A DNA stretch of 64,000 nt, taken from contig CM082577.2 in assembly GCA_040954595.2 (NCBI GenBank), positions 14,701,903 through 14,765,902 of the forward strand. The letters run 5' to 3'. Of the stretch, positions 24,490-37,545 are shown piece after piece; within the stretch, counting starts at the first letter, position 1; each line of letters opens with the position of its first letter. The notes under the pieces were generated by a model. That model saw nothing but the letters and a program-made list of their open reading frames with translations, was not told where the DNA came from and made no database searches. The position numbers and the translations under genes were made by a program. The DNA comes from Balanoglossus misakiensis. Its lineage: Eukaryota > Animalia > Hemichordata.

Positions 24490-25300
24490 GGCTGCATTCA
24501 CAAACACCTCTGGAGGGGGGGGGGGGCAGGAGAATTGAGGGGGGGGATTTGAAAAAATTGAGGGTATGTAAGGGGGGGGATTTGAAATAATTTTGGGACT
24601 GTAAAGGGGGGGACTTGAAAACTTTGAGGACTAAATATTTATTTTGAGTCCACAAAAATGCAGTTTTGAACCCTTCATAATACAATTTTTTCTCATGTGG
24701 GGAGGGGGACACCCCCTCCCACACCCACCCCCGTCATTCATCAGCACCTTTAAATCATTGACTGTTTTATCTAGTGTCCCAGGTCAGGGGACTTGCCCCC
24801 ACCCCATGATAACTTTGAGCGGCGACGGTTAAATTTGTCCTCCCCAACATAGTTGCGGTAGTGGAGTTAATTTGCTTTTGCCGGGTTCATTAAAATGCAG
24901 TTGTGAGCTCTGTATTTTATAAAATTTTCTTACGTGGGAGGGGGACACCCCCTCCCAAACCCACCCCCTTCACTTCTCGGTTTACAATGTCTCCCAACAC
25001 AGAATACTAAGTTAAAAAAAATAGAAACAATGTTCAGTTTTAAAACCCACTGATAAGGGGAAACATCAGTTTCAAATTCTTTTCATGGGAGCGCTGTTTT
25101 TCTTTTTTACAAGATAGATAGGTAATGTGTTTTGCTGTGTGAAAGAAAATGGGGGGGGGGGATTTGAAAATTTTAGCAGTTCGGAAGGGGGGGATTTGAA
25201 AATATCTTGGGTTGTTGAGGGGGGCATGTGAAAATTAACGGTAAAAAAAATTGAATTCTCCCGTCCCCCCCCCCCTCCAGAGGTATTTGTGAATGCAGCC
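24490..25300. mobile_element. PIF/Harbinger-type MITE
   Basis: TTA at 24487-24489 and 25301-25303. TIR GGCTGCATTCACAAA(C/T)ACCTCTGGAGGGGGGGGGG. Subterminal GGGGGGATTTGAAA repeats. Confidence 0.9.
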
Positions 25301-25487
25301 TTAAGGACCAAACAAAAGAATATGAGACATGGCGTAAAAACACACAAGCCATTCAACCCCCCCCCCCCCTCTAATGAACACGCAAGAAGAGATACGGCTG
25401 CTCGCAACTTATTGGAGTTTGACACACAACATGATACACAAATTAGATTGAATTCTACAGCATTTTTGGCAGCCTTTGCATCAGGCA

Positions 25488-25555
25488 TAGTCTCGGTTAC
25501 CCAGACTCTCTTCCTCTTGTCTTCAGAGGGCGCTGCGCGAGAAAGAGAGTCTGGG
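25488..25555 (+). mobile_element. Candidate Academ-type terminus (TAG start + hairpin)
   Basis: TAGTCTCGG followed by a 13-bp stem CCCAGACTCTCTT (25500-25512) / AAGAGAGTCTGGG (25543-25555), upstream of RecQ and Academ-like fragments. Confidence 0.45.
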
Positions 25556-26246
25556 ATCACTGTTCGCTGAACACTGCATGTCACGTGACTAGGAAAAAAG
25601 ACGCGTCACGAAGATAGACGCAGATAAAGGCCGTCAGCCATTTTGTAATGTGTTAGTTTTTGACACTCCGGATGTGGGCAAATGCGCATGTCTGTTGTAA
25701 AACTTACGTACATTTGTGTCAGTAGTTGTATTGATTTTAGCTTCACTTCCATCATAAACTGTTTTTTATGTATATTCGCGAAGAGTAAAATTGAATGTCA
25801 AGAAACGCGACAGATTGAATCTAGCCCGGAAGTTATAGAACGTTCATTTATTAGCCAATCAGATTCCACAATTCTAAATATGGCGGTTTGTGTTTACCTG
25901 CCTCTTTGGTGTTTGTCACCGAGGCAGTGTACAAGCCAAGGATCACTGCAGGTTAAATTTTCCGCGGACCGGAAGCGTCTTTTAGTAATCGAGCGGTGCA
26001 CCCTGGATCCAATAAGAAAATGGCAACCACCGGGGCTACAAGAATTGGCGAAGCAATCGAGGCAGCACTAAGACATCATAATATTCCATACAAATTGAAG
26101 GTACCGATGACTTATTATAATATTCAGCCCAACTTTATGTATTAGTTTTGTTTATTATGTATGATTTATTGACTTGCTTTTATGAGTGGCCGTGGATGAT
26201 TTGCCAAAGCAAAGACTTGCATATCCAATATCTCGTAATAAACGTC

Positions 26247-28739
26247 ACGTTTTTTTCTGCATTGTTTTTAAAGGACAAACAGGTTGAATGTCTGCAAAAT
26301 CTCGTACTTGGTAGAGATGTCTTCAGCATACTGCCAACCAGTTACGGAAAAACATTGGTGTATGCACTGCTACCCTGTGTTTTTGACTGTTACCATGGTA
26401 CCACAGGCAATAGAGTCTGTATTAATCACTCAATAAAGGTGTGAAGGTTGCCAAGTGGATGACCCGTCACAGAGAAACCATGCCTGTATTATGATGGATA
26501 TTAGTGACTGTATCCCACAGATATTCGAAGAGGCAGTCCTCCGAATGGGGCTAGTAAAAGAGACATGGCATAAAAACACACAAGCCATTCACCCCCCCCC
26601 CCTAATGAATACGCAAGAAGAGATACAGCTGCTCCCGACTTGTGGGATACAACAGGATACATACATTAGATTAAATTTTTACATTTTATTGATGATTAGG
26701 ACATTTCTCGCAGCCTTTGTAATGTAACTTTTCAAGTCCAGATGTTTCACTTAATGTGTAACTTTTTAAATGTTATGATCATTTGATTAATAATAATAAA
26801 CATACCCTTGACCTTAAAATAAGTTCGAACATGTAGCCTTGCCTGTTATTGTATGTGTGAAAGTCACGACCACCTTACCGCATTCAAATCAAGTTTTTCA
26901 CCTGTTACTTTACACTCCAATCACCGAAAAAAGTATGGCCGGATCAAATGACCCCCTTTATAGAACTGGCAGCAATTACTCAAAGGTGCGAACTGATTGC
27001 TGAACACCCTACCCCCTGGTGGCCAGGAATTGGTGAGTGACACAACCTTGTCAAATGCTAATTTTATTGGCAACTTGGTTTTCTTATCTACCGACGAAAC
27101 AAGTGTTTATATGGCCCATGGCAAAACACGGGTTAGTCTGAACATACCTGCAGCTATAAAGCTGATCAGTGCAGTGTATTTGACAAAATATCACAGTGTC
27201 TTCAAATCATCACCAGCTGAAGTTTACCATGGTCTGCAACATCAGATTAAAGATAAGATTAAAAATGGGCTTGCCATAATAGGCAAAAATGATGACTTCA
27301 CAATTTCAGACACCGAATCATTTACATCTCTTGTCAGAGATGTCACAATTCATTCAAATCTAACAAAAGCTGAAAGAGAGCACTTTATATTACCCCAGTA
27401 TTCGGCCATTATTAACCATCTGAAGAGATACTTGTATGCATTACACTTGGCCTTAGACTGAACACAAGTAGAAAACTGTGAGACAAACAACGTTTTTTTC
27501 TGCATTGTTTTTAAAGGACAAACAGGTTGAATGTCTGCAAAATCTCGTACTTGGTAGAGATGTCTTCAGCATACTGCCAACCAGTTACGGAAAAACATTG
27601 GTGTATGCACTGCTACCCTGTGTTTTTGACTGTTACCATGGTACCACAGGCAATAGAGTCTGTATTAATCACTCAATAAAGGTGTGAAGGTTGCCAAGTG
27701 GATGACCCGTCACAGAGAAACCATGCCTGTATTATGATGGATATTAGTGACTGTATCCCACAGATTTTCGAAGAGGCAGTCCTCCGAATGGGGCTAGTAA
27801 AAGAGACATGGCGTAAAAACACACAAGCCATTCACCCCCCCCCCCCCCCCCCCAATGAACACGCAAGAAGAGATACAGCTGCTCGCCACTTGTGGGATAC
27901 AACAGGATACATACATTAGATTAAATTTTACATTTTATTGATGATTAGGACATTTCTCGCAGCCTTTGTAATGTAACTTTTCAAGTCCAGATGTTTCACT
28001 TAATGTGTAACTTTTTAAATGTTATGATCATTTGATTAATAATAATAAACATACCCTTGACCTTAAAATAAGACCGAACATGTAGCCTTGCCTGTTATTG
28101 TATGTGTGAAAGTCACGACCACCTTACCACATTCAAATCAAGTTTTTCACCTGTTACTTTACACTCCAATCACCGAAAAAAGTATGGCCGGATCAAATGA
28201 CCCCCTTATAGAACTGGCAGCAATTACTCAAAGGTGCGAACTGATTGCTGAACACCCTACCCCCTGGTGGCCAGGAATTGGTGAGTGACACAACCTTGTC
28301 AAATGCTAATTTTATTGGCAACTTGGTTTCCTTATCTACCGACGAAACAAGTGTTTATATGGCCCATGGCAAAACACGGGTTAGTCTGAACATACCTGCA
28401 GCTATAAAGCTGATCAGTGCAGTGTATTTGACAAAATATCACAGTGTCTTCAAATCATCACCAGCTGTAGTTTACCATGGTCTGCAACATCAGATTAAAG
28501 ATAAGATTAAAAATGGGCTTGCCATAATAGGCAAAAATGATGACTTCACAATTTCAGACACCGAATCATTTACATCTCTTGTCAGAGATGTCACAATTCA
28601 TTCAAATCTAACAAAAGCTGAAAGAGAGCACTTTATATTACCCCAGTATTTGGCCTTAATTAACCATCTGACGAGATACTTGTATGCATTACACTTGGCC
28701 TTAGACTGAACACAAGTAGAAAACTGTGAGACAAACAAC
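26247..28739 (+). repeat. ~1.24-kb tandem duplication containing RecQ motif I and Academ-like transposase fragments
   Basis: Copies 26247-27491 and 27490-28739 are near-identical. Each has LKDKQVECLQNLVLGRDVFSILPTSYGKTLVY (RecQ Walker A, GYGKS degenerated) and ILPQY.A.INHL.RYLY. YGWKL and CSCKSG follow copy 2. Confidence 0.85.
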
Positions 28740-29536
28740 TTTCTGAGTTATGGGTGGAAACTTGTAAATGGAAATATCACAGTAGCATGCATGGGATGAC
28801 AATTTAACAGACGACCCAGTCAGCAATAAATTGAAGCCATCACGATGTTCCTGTAAAAGTGGGTGGGACCAGTGGCAAAATTGATGACTAGTCGGGCATA
28901 TCAATGTGCCAGATATTAAACATGAAACGGAATCTGACATAGACAAGCCAGCAAATTCTGTTATGTACTGAGTAAGTCATTTAAGGAGGTTTCATTGGTA
29001 ACATTGGCTAGCCTGATCATTCGTGTTCGAACATTTGAGAGTTTATTGGAGTTACAATAAATAAAACATCAAGTGATGCCCGCTGCGACTCCCCTGGCTA
29101 CAGTGCTAAATACAATATGTTGGTAAAGTTGTTGATTCCACAGTTACTCAAGTTTCCGAGGTAGCCAATTCAAATGCTATGGAGAAGATCAGCTTCAAGA
29201 AAACCCTCGATCGAATTCTGGCCGCCGAAGTTCAGCAAGAGGAGACTGATAGTAGTCTAGAAGTCCAAGTGGTACTATAGTGGGAACTCTGGATTTGACA
29301 ACTGAGGAAACTGAGGTAAAGCCTAATTTATATGTATGTTTGTGTGGGAATTGTATATTTATAACAGAGGTCTGTATCTCAGACTTCCGAACAGACACAA
29401 ATTACTCCATCGTTAATGGCAAACAAACAATGATTTATTGGAGGTTGTAAACGGCTAGCGAGCCTAGGGTATTTGGTTATGGATATAAGACTTCCTAGGT
29501 GAAATTCGACAGGCGAGATGCAGATACAAGTACTGC

Positions 29537-30405
29537 ACATCGATCTGTTTTGGGAAAGTTTGAACAAATGAGTTAAGTTTTTATGCATCTTCATTTAAAT
29601 CTCTCTCTGCAAGATTTAGCCTTCAGGTTTGGCATATCCTTGATGACTGCATCAAGGATATGGAACAAATGGATTGATTTATTGTATATCAGGTTGAAAT
29701 TTCTAATTGAGTAGCCAGATAGAGATTTGCTTAGAGCTACAATGCCCATGGATTTCAGGACATAAGTTGGAAACAAAGTTTTAGTAATAATTGAACATCC
29801 ATCAAATTTGTTAGCTAGAGCTCAAACCTGGTCAAACTATAAACACCACAATACTTTAAATTTTCCACAAGAGGAAAGAAACAGTTATCCCCATATGAGG
29901 TTGAAAAAACAAGAAAAATAGCAAGCATTCACGTACACGTAGAAAGAGTGATTGGGTTAGTTCGTAGAAAGTATCATTTGATGCAGAGTATAGCATTGCC
30001 AATTGAGTATTTGTAAAAACAGTTGGGTAGTCATTGCGTCTCATAGACAGAATTGGAGTTATATGCTGTGCTCTAACAAACCTGTCTGAGTCTATTGTAC
30101 TTTTACAGTAACTATTTAACAACAATCATGTGATCAGGCCATGTAACCCACAACATTATCTTTTTCAGGTGACAGGCAAACATTATTTCGACATCCAGTA
30201 GAGTTTTCTGGGTATGTTTATTCTTTTTAACTGCCAGACACATAACATGTATCATATATGGTGTCTTATCAGCCTCATGGTGTTTCATCTATACTGTCTT
30301 TAACAATATAACCAGTCATTTTTTTCATTGAATGGAAAATGTGTATTGTTCTCCACAGGCCAACAAAGACTCCCCGGGGAACCAGAAGAAGAGAGGAAGT
30401 TTATT
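29537..30405 (+). pseudogene. ISL2EU/Harbinger-like transposase remnant, duplicate of ~41608-42485
   Basis: [43 protein letters not shown]. Colinear with the 41.6-42.5 kb copy. Confidence 0.8.
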
Positions 30406-31126
30406 CCTACCAAATTTCAGCTCCATCGTACATGTAGTTATGGAGAAGAAGATTTTTGACCAACAATTATATTTTTAGATCTAATTTGCATATTCATGAC
30501 CCCATCATATCCAAATTAACAAAATCAGGTAGGGGCACCATAACACACATTCATACCAAATTTCAGCTCCATCGTACATGTAGTTATGGAGAAGATTTTT
30601 GACCAACAATTCTATTTTTAGATCTAATTTGCATATTCATGACCCCATCATATCCAAATTTACAAAATCAGGTAGGGACACCATAACACACATTCCTACC
30701 AAATTTCAGCTCCATCGTACATGTAGTTATGGAGAAGAAGATTTTTGACCAAAAATTCTATTTTTAGATCTAATTTGCATATTCATGACCCCATCAAATC
30801 CAAATTTACAAAATCAAGTAGGGGCACCATAACACACATTCCTACCAAATTTCAGCTCCATTGTACATGTAGTTGTGGAGAAGAAGATTTTTACCAAAAA
30901 TTCTATTTTTAGATCTAATTTGCATATTTATGACCCCATCAAATCCAAATTAACAAAATCAGTTAAGGGCACCATAACACACATTCCAACCAAATTTCAG
31001 CTAAATATGCCAAGTTGTTTTAAAGAAGAAGATTGAAATACCAAAAGTTGACGGACGACGGACGGACGGACACTTATCAACCTACTGCTACAGCTCGGCT
31101 GACACAAGTGACAGCAGAGCTAAAAA
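30404..31126. mobile_element. Helentron-associated (HINE/DINE-1-like) non-autonomous element with ~146-bp tandem array
   Basis: CAAATTTCAGCT recurs at ~30411, 30557, 30701, 30847, 30991. Then (GACG)n at ~31050-31071, an imperfect hairpin at 31092-31121 and AAAAA. Confidence 0.7.
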
Positions 31127-31959
31127 GAGCACGGTTGAAGTTCGTTGGGCATGTGATTACGTGAGGGAATTTAGTAGAGGAAAGCGCGCAGTTATGGCGA
31201 AGTTGTGAATTGAGAAGAAACTAAGTAATGAAATTGTACTGTAAAAATTAATAGGAAATTATGGTGGCAGACAGCATGGAGTTGGCAATTGGTAGATGGG
31301 AAGAGTGAAATATTGGGAAGGGGAAGTATTGCGATAGTTCGGGTGAGAGTTGTGATTAGTGGGAAAATGATGTTACAGTTGAACACGGGTGGGGTAGTGG
31401 ACGGGTGTGTGGTCAATATGCACAAATAAATGTAGGGAAATTGGAATAGTGGTGGAAGTCGAGTGATGAAATATTAACAGTAGTATAGATGAAAGGATGG
31501 GCGAATATAAGTGTGATTGGTGTCAAGTGGCAAGTACATGTGAAATCTGTCAGGGTAAGGAGCAATTGGGTATTTGTTATTCTGTGATAGACGCACTACT
31601 GCTTCAAGGGAGTTGTTTATGAGTGTGGGTAGCGGTGGCCGATCATTGTTCCAATGTAGTACGGTGTGATGTATAAACAAAGTTGATAAGAGGTGTAATT
31701 AGTGACTGGTCAGCCAAATGGAATAAGTATGTGTTGCATGTTTGTCTGGTTGAGAATTGTGACGGTGTAATGGAAAATGCAGATAGTTGATGTTTTGTGG
31801 GTGTGTGACTGAGCAGGTGATGAGTACCGATTACTGGTATGAGAATTGTGGGGTTTGATGTGAGATTGTGATATATGGAAGGGTGGATGGGGTGGCTTGT
31901 TTGCAATGACAAACTGTAACATTAAACAATATTTTAATTAGTGTGGCCTCAGCCTCGTT

Positions 31960-32400
31960 GTGAATGAATTAAGAAAGCTTGTCAAGAAAGTTGCTGTCAG
32001 TAGAAGTTGTAACACCAAAGTGGCAAGAACGATTGAGTCGATTACCGGATACATAGTGGACGTCAGCCTGATTAAGACGTCGGCCAAGAACAATAAGTAC
32101 TTTAACGGAGTGATCCAGAGTGATCAAGAGAAATATCAGGATATCGTTTGTTTTTCTCCGGAGAAATATGACCTTTTTCAGTCCGTATTGAAGGGTCACA
32201 CGGCTGTGAAATTGGACAAAATTAATTTCGTACCGGGTAGAGCTAACGTTAGCATGAGCGATGTCCAAGTGTCAAGGAGGTCTTCCATAAATGCATGTAG
32301 CAAGGCTTTGCCATTTTCAATGACTAAGATGCGCGACGTTGGAGGCTCTAGAGTGAGCAGTGTGGTCGATGCGAGTGGTATGGCACCAGGTTTTGGTCCG
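31960..32400 (+). pseudogene. OB-fold-like exon
   Basis: ITGYIVDVSLIKTSAKNNKYFNGVIQ..IVCFSPEK..AVKLDKI; GTAAGT donor at 32401. Fold call is inference. Confidence 0.5.
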
Positions 32401-32559
32401 GTAAGTATGCACATCTCTGTGTGGAGCAATAAATGAGAAATGGTATTTTCCAATGGATCAATTTTATGTTATCAGACAAGCCACACAGAGTGTAGTTATT
32501 CTGTATATTGTGAAATATCATTAGTACCAAGATTGCCAGCTTATGATATATTAATAGAT

Positions 32560-33000
32560 TTAAATTCTTTTCCTGATTTCCCATACAAAGAAACCCCTAT
32601 ATATGACATTAAAATTAACAATGTACAGGAACATGCATGGTTTCAATCTATCAAATGTAACAAAGACAAAGCAATTATGATTGAAGCAGAGACAAGAAAG
32701 CAGTCTGATAAGTGGTTTCTTTACAGAAAAACAAGGCTGACTGCATCAAATTTCCATGATATCTGTATAAGAAAACATCACAATGCCCTGTGTTGTAGGT
32801 TATTAATGCTGAATGTTTCACAAGCAGATACACTGAACATGGCAAAACATATGAATGTGAGGGGTTCATGAAGAATGCCAAATACATAAATGACACTGGT
32901 AATTATGTGTATCTACACAAATGTAGTCTAGTCATAAACCACTCGTATTGTTTTCTAAGTGATACACCTGATTCAAAAGTGGTTGATAGAAAGTCATCTG
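32560..33000 (+). pseudogene. YqaJ/lambda-exonuclease-like fragment
   Basis: IEAETRKQSDKWFLYRKTRLTASNF, then frameshifted HGKTYE..CSLVI..FLSDTPDSKV. Confidence 0.75.
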
Positions 33001-33699
33001 AGCCATATTCTGTTGGATGATGTGATGAGCATTTCAATGAGAATGCGAGATTTACTCGAACATCAACAGGAACTGAACCAGCTGAAAGACGAGTTCAAAA
33101 GAAAATCACAAAAGACTGGATTGTGTTAAAGAAAGGCTGCTCAATGCAAGAAATACAAATAAAAAGCATGCAAGAGGAGATAAAGGATCTGTAGCAGAAG
33201 TACGAATTGGACAAGTACAGACACAGCAGGAAGAGATGAAAGACGAACAGGAGAATATGATAGAACAAGTTGCGGAACTACAATAAACTGTCAGAACTGA
33301 AAGACTCGAGTAATGAAATAACTGAAATGAAATGTCAGAAAAGAAAACTGTTGAAGAAAGTGAACATCACAAAAGAAGAGCAGCAAGAAATCAACGTGAA
33401 GATGAAATTGAAAGAAATGAACATGAGATAAGCGACTTACGAGTGAAAATTAAAAATCTGGACATGCTGCACGCTTTGTAATCCCGTCTCCAATAATTTT
33501 GCGATTTTCTCCATTAATGGACTAATGTTTGTATTTTGACCGACTTAGAACCTCTCATAAGGTATTTGAGCATGTGGACGTTTGATTTTGGACCATTTTT
33601 CTCATAGGCTTCTATGTTTTTGGCTGCAGTCAACGATCATTTCACGTGGCACGTTGTCCGTGTGTGAACAATAGCCTATTGTTCACACATGGACAACAT

Positions 33700-34190
33700 G
33701 CCATTGTCATAATACAGTGTGTTGACTGTGGAGGCCTGGAGAACGTGTCTTTATGCCAAGGTGACCTCGATCTGTGTCCCGGCTGTGAAGAAAAACGTTT
33801 TCCTAGTAATGTTGCTCGAAGAAGAGAAAAACAAAGTGCTGCTTCTGTTAAGAGTAAAAGACATGAGGTACCGCAAACTCATACTGGTAAATCTATTATT
33901 GTGAATGAATTGCTGTTTTGTGTGGAACAAGATTGACGTCTTGCCGTCCGACATGATTTTCAAACTATGTGTCAACTGTTATGATGATAAGGACGTGGAA
34001 CAAGCCAAGAGACTTCTTTTTGTGGATGGACAAAAATCGATTTATTCGCCATCAAGGTCAAAACAAGCGAAGTAGTAACATTCAAGATATGTTATTTTTA
34101 TTACACGAACTTCATGAATTTGGTGTGCCATGTTTTCTTGCCGCTGATCTCCCGCGTCTGCCCCCAGTCGATATTTCCCACGTGACGTTT
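33700..34190 (+). pseudogene. Non-LTR retrotransposon ORF1 N-terminal fragment
   Basis: CxxC..LCxxC, IVNELL, KLCVNCYDDKDVEQAKRLL, RHQGQNK..NIQDML, FLAADLPRLPPV across frameshifts. Confidence 0.55.
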
Positions 34191-34430
34191 CTGTATTGAT
34201 TCAGGAAATTCGAGGTTTACAACATGTAGTATCTCTTTTGAAGGGAAATAAGCAACCTGATGATCGTCATAATATAGAATGTTTATACCAAGTTTCAAGT
34301 ATACTTTTTTGTATATTATTTTACTAGAGAAGTGCACAAAAGGTTCCCCTGTGTTAAAATCCTGATACTTTCAGCATTTCATAAGATTCAAAATGGTTGT
34401 ACCTTCAGCTATATTCACTATGGCTTCTTG

Positions 34431-35000
34431 TGTTACGACACACCCTGTTTAGTTGCTTGGTCGAGAGACGGGTAGCTTTTCTTTGCATAACAAAGGGCCC
34501 TGCCTTTTCAAGTAGTTCATTTAAATATTAGTAACACCCAGATGGTCACCCATATAAAAGGCCTTCTCACAAAACCACGAGGCACACTTCTCAACACTGA
34601 CTCGGAGGAGCACATAGCTGTCGTAGCTCCAGCCACATCGCCTTGGGAATTAGGAATTTACCTAGCTTGGCTGGATTCTGTGAGCAACCGACTTCATGAG
34701 CAACGGATTTTGTGTGAGCAACGGACTTTGTGTGAGCAACGGACTTTGTGTGAGCAACGGACTTCTGTGAGCAACTGGATTCTGTGAATGACGGACTTGG
34801 TCAGCAACGGACTTCTGTGCCTTGAGTTCGGCCAGGACTTTTGTGGACTCGGTAACTCCTCGACCAAGCAGGGTAAAAACACGCAGTGAACATTTTCTTT
34901 TGTGTGACCTTTTGATTTTAGAAGGCTAGTTGTTTAATTAAATATTCTGTTGTTGAAGCACATTCTCCATTGTGTGCTCCCGGGTTTTTCTACCGTAACA
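34431..35000 (+). mobile_element. 5' LTR (570 bp) of a Gypsy element
   Basis: TGTTACG...CGTAACA 7-bp terminal inverted repeat. TATAAAA at ~34553. Internal 18-bp repeats TGTGAGCAACGGACTTTG at ~34680-34820. PBS follows. Confidence 0.88.
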
Positions 35001-35005
35001 GAAAT

Positions 35006-35023
35006 TGGGGGCTCCTCCGGGAG
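35006..35023 (+). promoter_or_regulatory. Primer-binding site, tRNA-Pro type
   Basis: TGGGGGCTCCTCCGGGAG; 16/18 match to the canonical tRNA-Pro PBS TGGGGGCTCGTCCGGGAT. Confidence 0.88.
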
Positions 35024-35126
35024 CTGAATATTTGCTCGAAGTTGTTGTTGTAAAAGAAAATTGTCCCAATATATTTGGAAGCAAAACCACAAAAATAAAC
35101 TGGAGCTAACAATGGAGTTCTAACCA

Positions 35127-37545
35127 GTGGAGTATTTAGAAAACCCCTCTCTTGAAGTGTTCGAAAAGTTGAGAAAGCATGAGTTGGTGTCGCTTGCCGA
35201 ATATCTTGAGCTTGTTGTACGACCATCCATGAAAAAACAAGAGTTGAAAAATATCATTGTAAAGGCTCTTGTTGAACAAGGGAAATTTGGGGTTGAAGCA
35301 CTGGAAATTATTGAATCTAAGCATGAAGGTGATACGGTTAAAATAAGGCGGTTGGAGTTGGATCACCAGTATAGAATGATGCAATTGGAATATAAAGAAA
35401 GAGAAAGACAAAAAGAATTAGAAATTCAGGAAATGAAATTTAGAACGGGTAAGCAGGAGACAACTGAGTTTGGGGACAGACAAAATTCATCAGTGGGGTC
35501 CTTTCCTTATTTCGATGCAGCAAAGTATGTTCGACTGGTTCCTCAAAAGATGTTTGGACCATACTGTTGCAGAGCGTCTTAATTGGAAAAGCCCGTGAAG
35601 CATTCACTGCCTTACCTCTTGATCAAAGTAGCGATTACGATCGTGTTAAAGATGCAATTCTCAAGTCATACGAACTAGTACCTGAAGCATACAGGCAAAA
35701 GTTCAGAAATGTACAAAAGCGGAATGACCAAACTCATGTTGAATTTGCCAGAGAAAAAGAAAGATTGTTTGATAGATGGTTAACTGCAAAGGGAGTTAAT
35801 CAGAATTTTGATAAACTTAGGGAACTCATGTTGATCGAAGAGTTTAAACAATGTGTTCATTCTGATATCAACACTCATCTTGATGAGCATAAAGTTGACG
35901 CATTGCATGAAGCAGCTATTGTGGCTGATGATTATGCTTTAACTCATAAGCTAAGCTATGCCAGGAGTAATATAGCAGGTCAAAGTAAAACTTTTGGTTT
36001 CCGACCTCCCCATCAGACTAAGAGTATTGAAAATAAACCTGTGAATTCTAAAGTAAAGGAAAGTAGTCCTAATTTTGGAGAAAAGACTAAGGACGGGATG
36101 CTTAAACCTATGCCAACATGCGCCTATTGTAAAAAGAAGGGGCATCTTATTTCCGAATGTTGGTTTCTGCAAAGGAAAGGGAATAAGGTTAAAGTAGAGT
36201 CTACCGCCTGCACTGTAACTGAAAAATGTGTCCAACCACTGAATGTGTCTAAATTGCAAAGAATGGATGAAGTACCAAGAATAAAGGAAGAATTTAAGCC
36301 CTTTGTTTTTGATGGATTTGTATCATTGATAGGGGATGAAGCCAATCTACAACCCATAAAGATACTGCGTGATACTGCAGCCTCGCAGACATTGCTGTTA
36401 GATAGTGTGTTATCTTTGTCTGAAATGAGCTCTGCTCAGTCTGATGTACTAATTAAGGGGGTAGAATTGGGTTATATAAATGTGCCTTTACACACAATAA
36501 ATTTGCAGTCAAATTTAATATCAGGATCTGTTAAAGTTGGGGTGAGACCCACTTTGCCCATAGAGGGTATTTCTATGTTGCTAGGCAATGATTTGGCTGG
36601 AGGGAAAGTGTTTCCCGATCCAATTGTAACTAGAGAACCTAGTACTAATGACAGTGTATGTGATGATATTGAGATTTTCCCTGCTTGTGTTGTGACCAGG
36701 GCCATGAGCCAAAGGGCTTCGACTGAAGAAGTTGTAAAGAAAGGTGTAATATATGAAGTTGACGATAATTTTGATGTCAACTTAGAGGATACGTTTCTTT
36801 CTAATGTAGGTGAACTTAAAAGTGAGTGTTCCTCTCCTTTGACTGACAAAAATCAAGATGTTTCGAATCAGCCTAATCAAAAGTATGCTAAAACTGAGGG
36901 AAAGTTTAGTCGTGCTGGGCTTATTGCTGAACAGGAAGCTGATCCTGAAATTGTTAATTTAAGTAAGAGGTCCTTGGCCCTCAGTGAAATTGGTAAAGTA
37001 CCCGTATGTTTCTATACAAAGGATGGTATTCTTTTCAGAAAGTGGCGACCACCTGATGCATCAACTGAGGATGAATGGAGAATTGTTCATCAAATAGTTG
37101 TACCTAAATTATATCGAAAAGAGATAATCAGCTTGGCTCATGATAATGTTATGAGTGGACATCTAGGCATAAATAAAACGCATGATAAGATTATAAGTCA
37201 TTTCTATTGGCCAAATTTGAGACGGGATGTGGCTAAATATTGCAGATCGTGTCATCCATGTCAGATGGTTGGGAAACCCAATCAAAAGGTACCAGTTGCA
37301 CCTTTAAAGCCCATTCCTGCTTTTTCTGAGGCATTTAGTCGAGTTTTGATAGATTGTGTTGGCCCTTTGCCAAAAACAAAATCAGGAAATGAGTACTTAC
37401 TCACCATAATGTGTTCGTCTACTCGATTTCCAGAAGCAATACCGCTAAGAAGTATTAATGCATCGAAGATAGTGAAAGCACTGACCAAGTTTTTCACTTT
37501 TGTAGGACTTCCCAAATCAATACAGTCAGATAAAGGATCAAATTT
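35127..37545 (+). pseudogene. Gmr1-type Gypsy gag-protease-integrase, 3'-truncated
   Basis: SCAN-like capsid (LQSVLIGKA..YELVPEAYRQKFR), zinc knuckle CAYCKKKGHLISEC, protease LRDTAASQ..LLGND, then integrase HHCC (GHLGINKT, CHPC) and core IDCVGPLP..SDKGSN with no RT in between. Deletion/frameshift near 35545. Confidence 0.9.

Noticed and set aside
35006-35023. tRNA gene
   Set aside because: Only an 18-nt complement of a tRNA 3' end (PBS); no cloverleaf.
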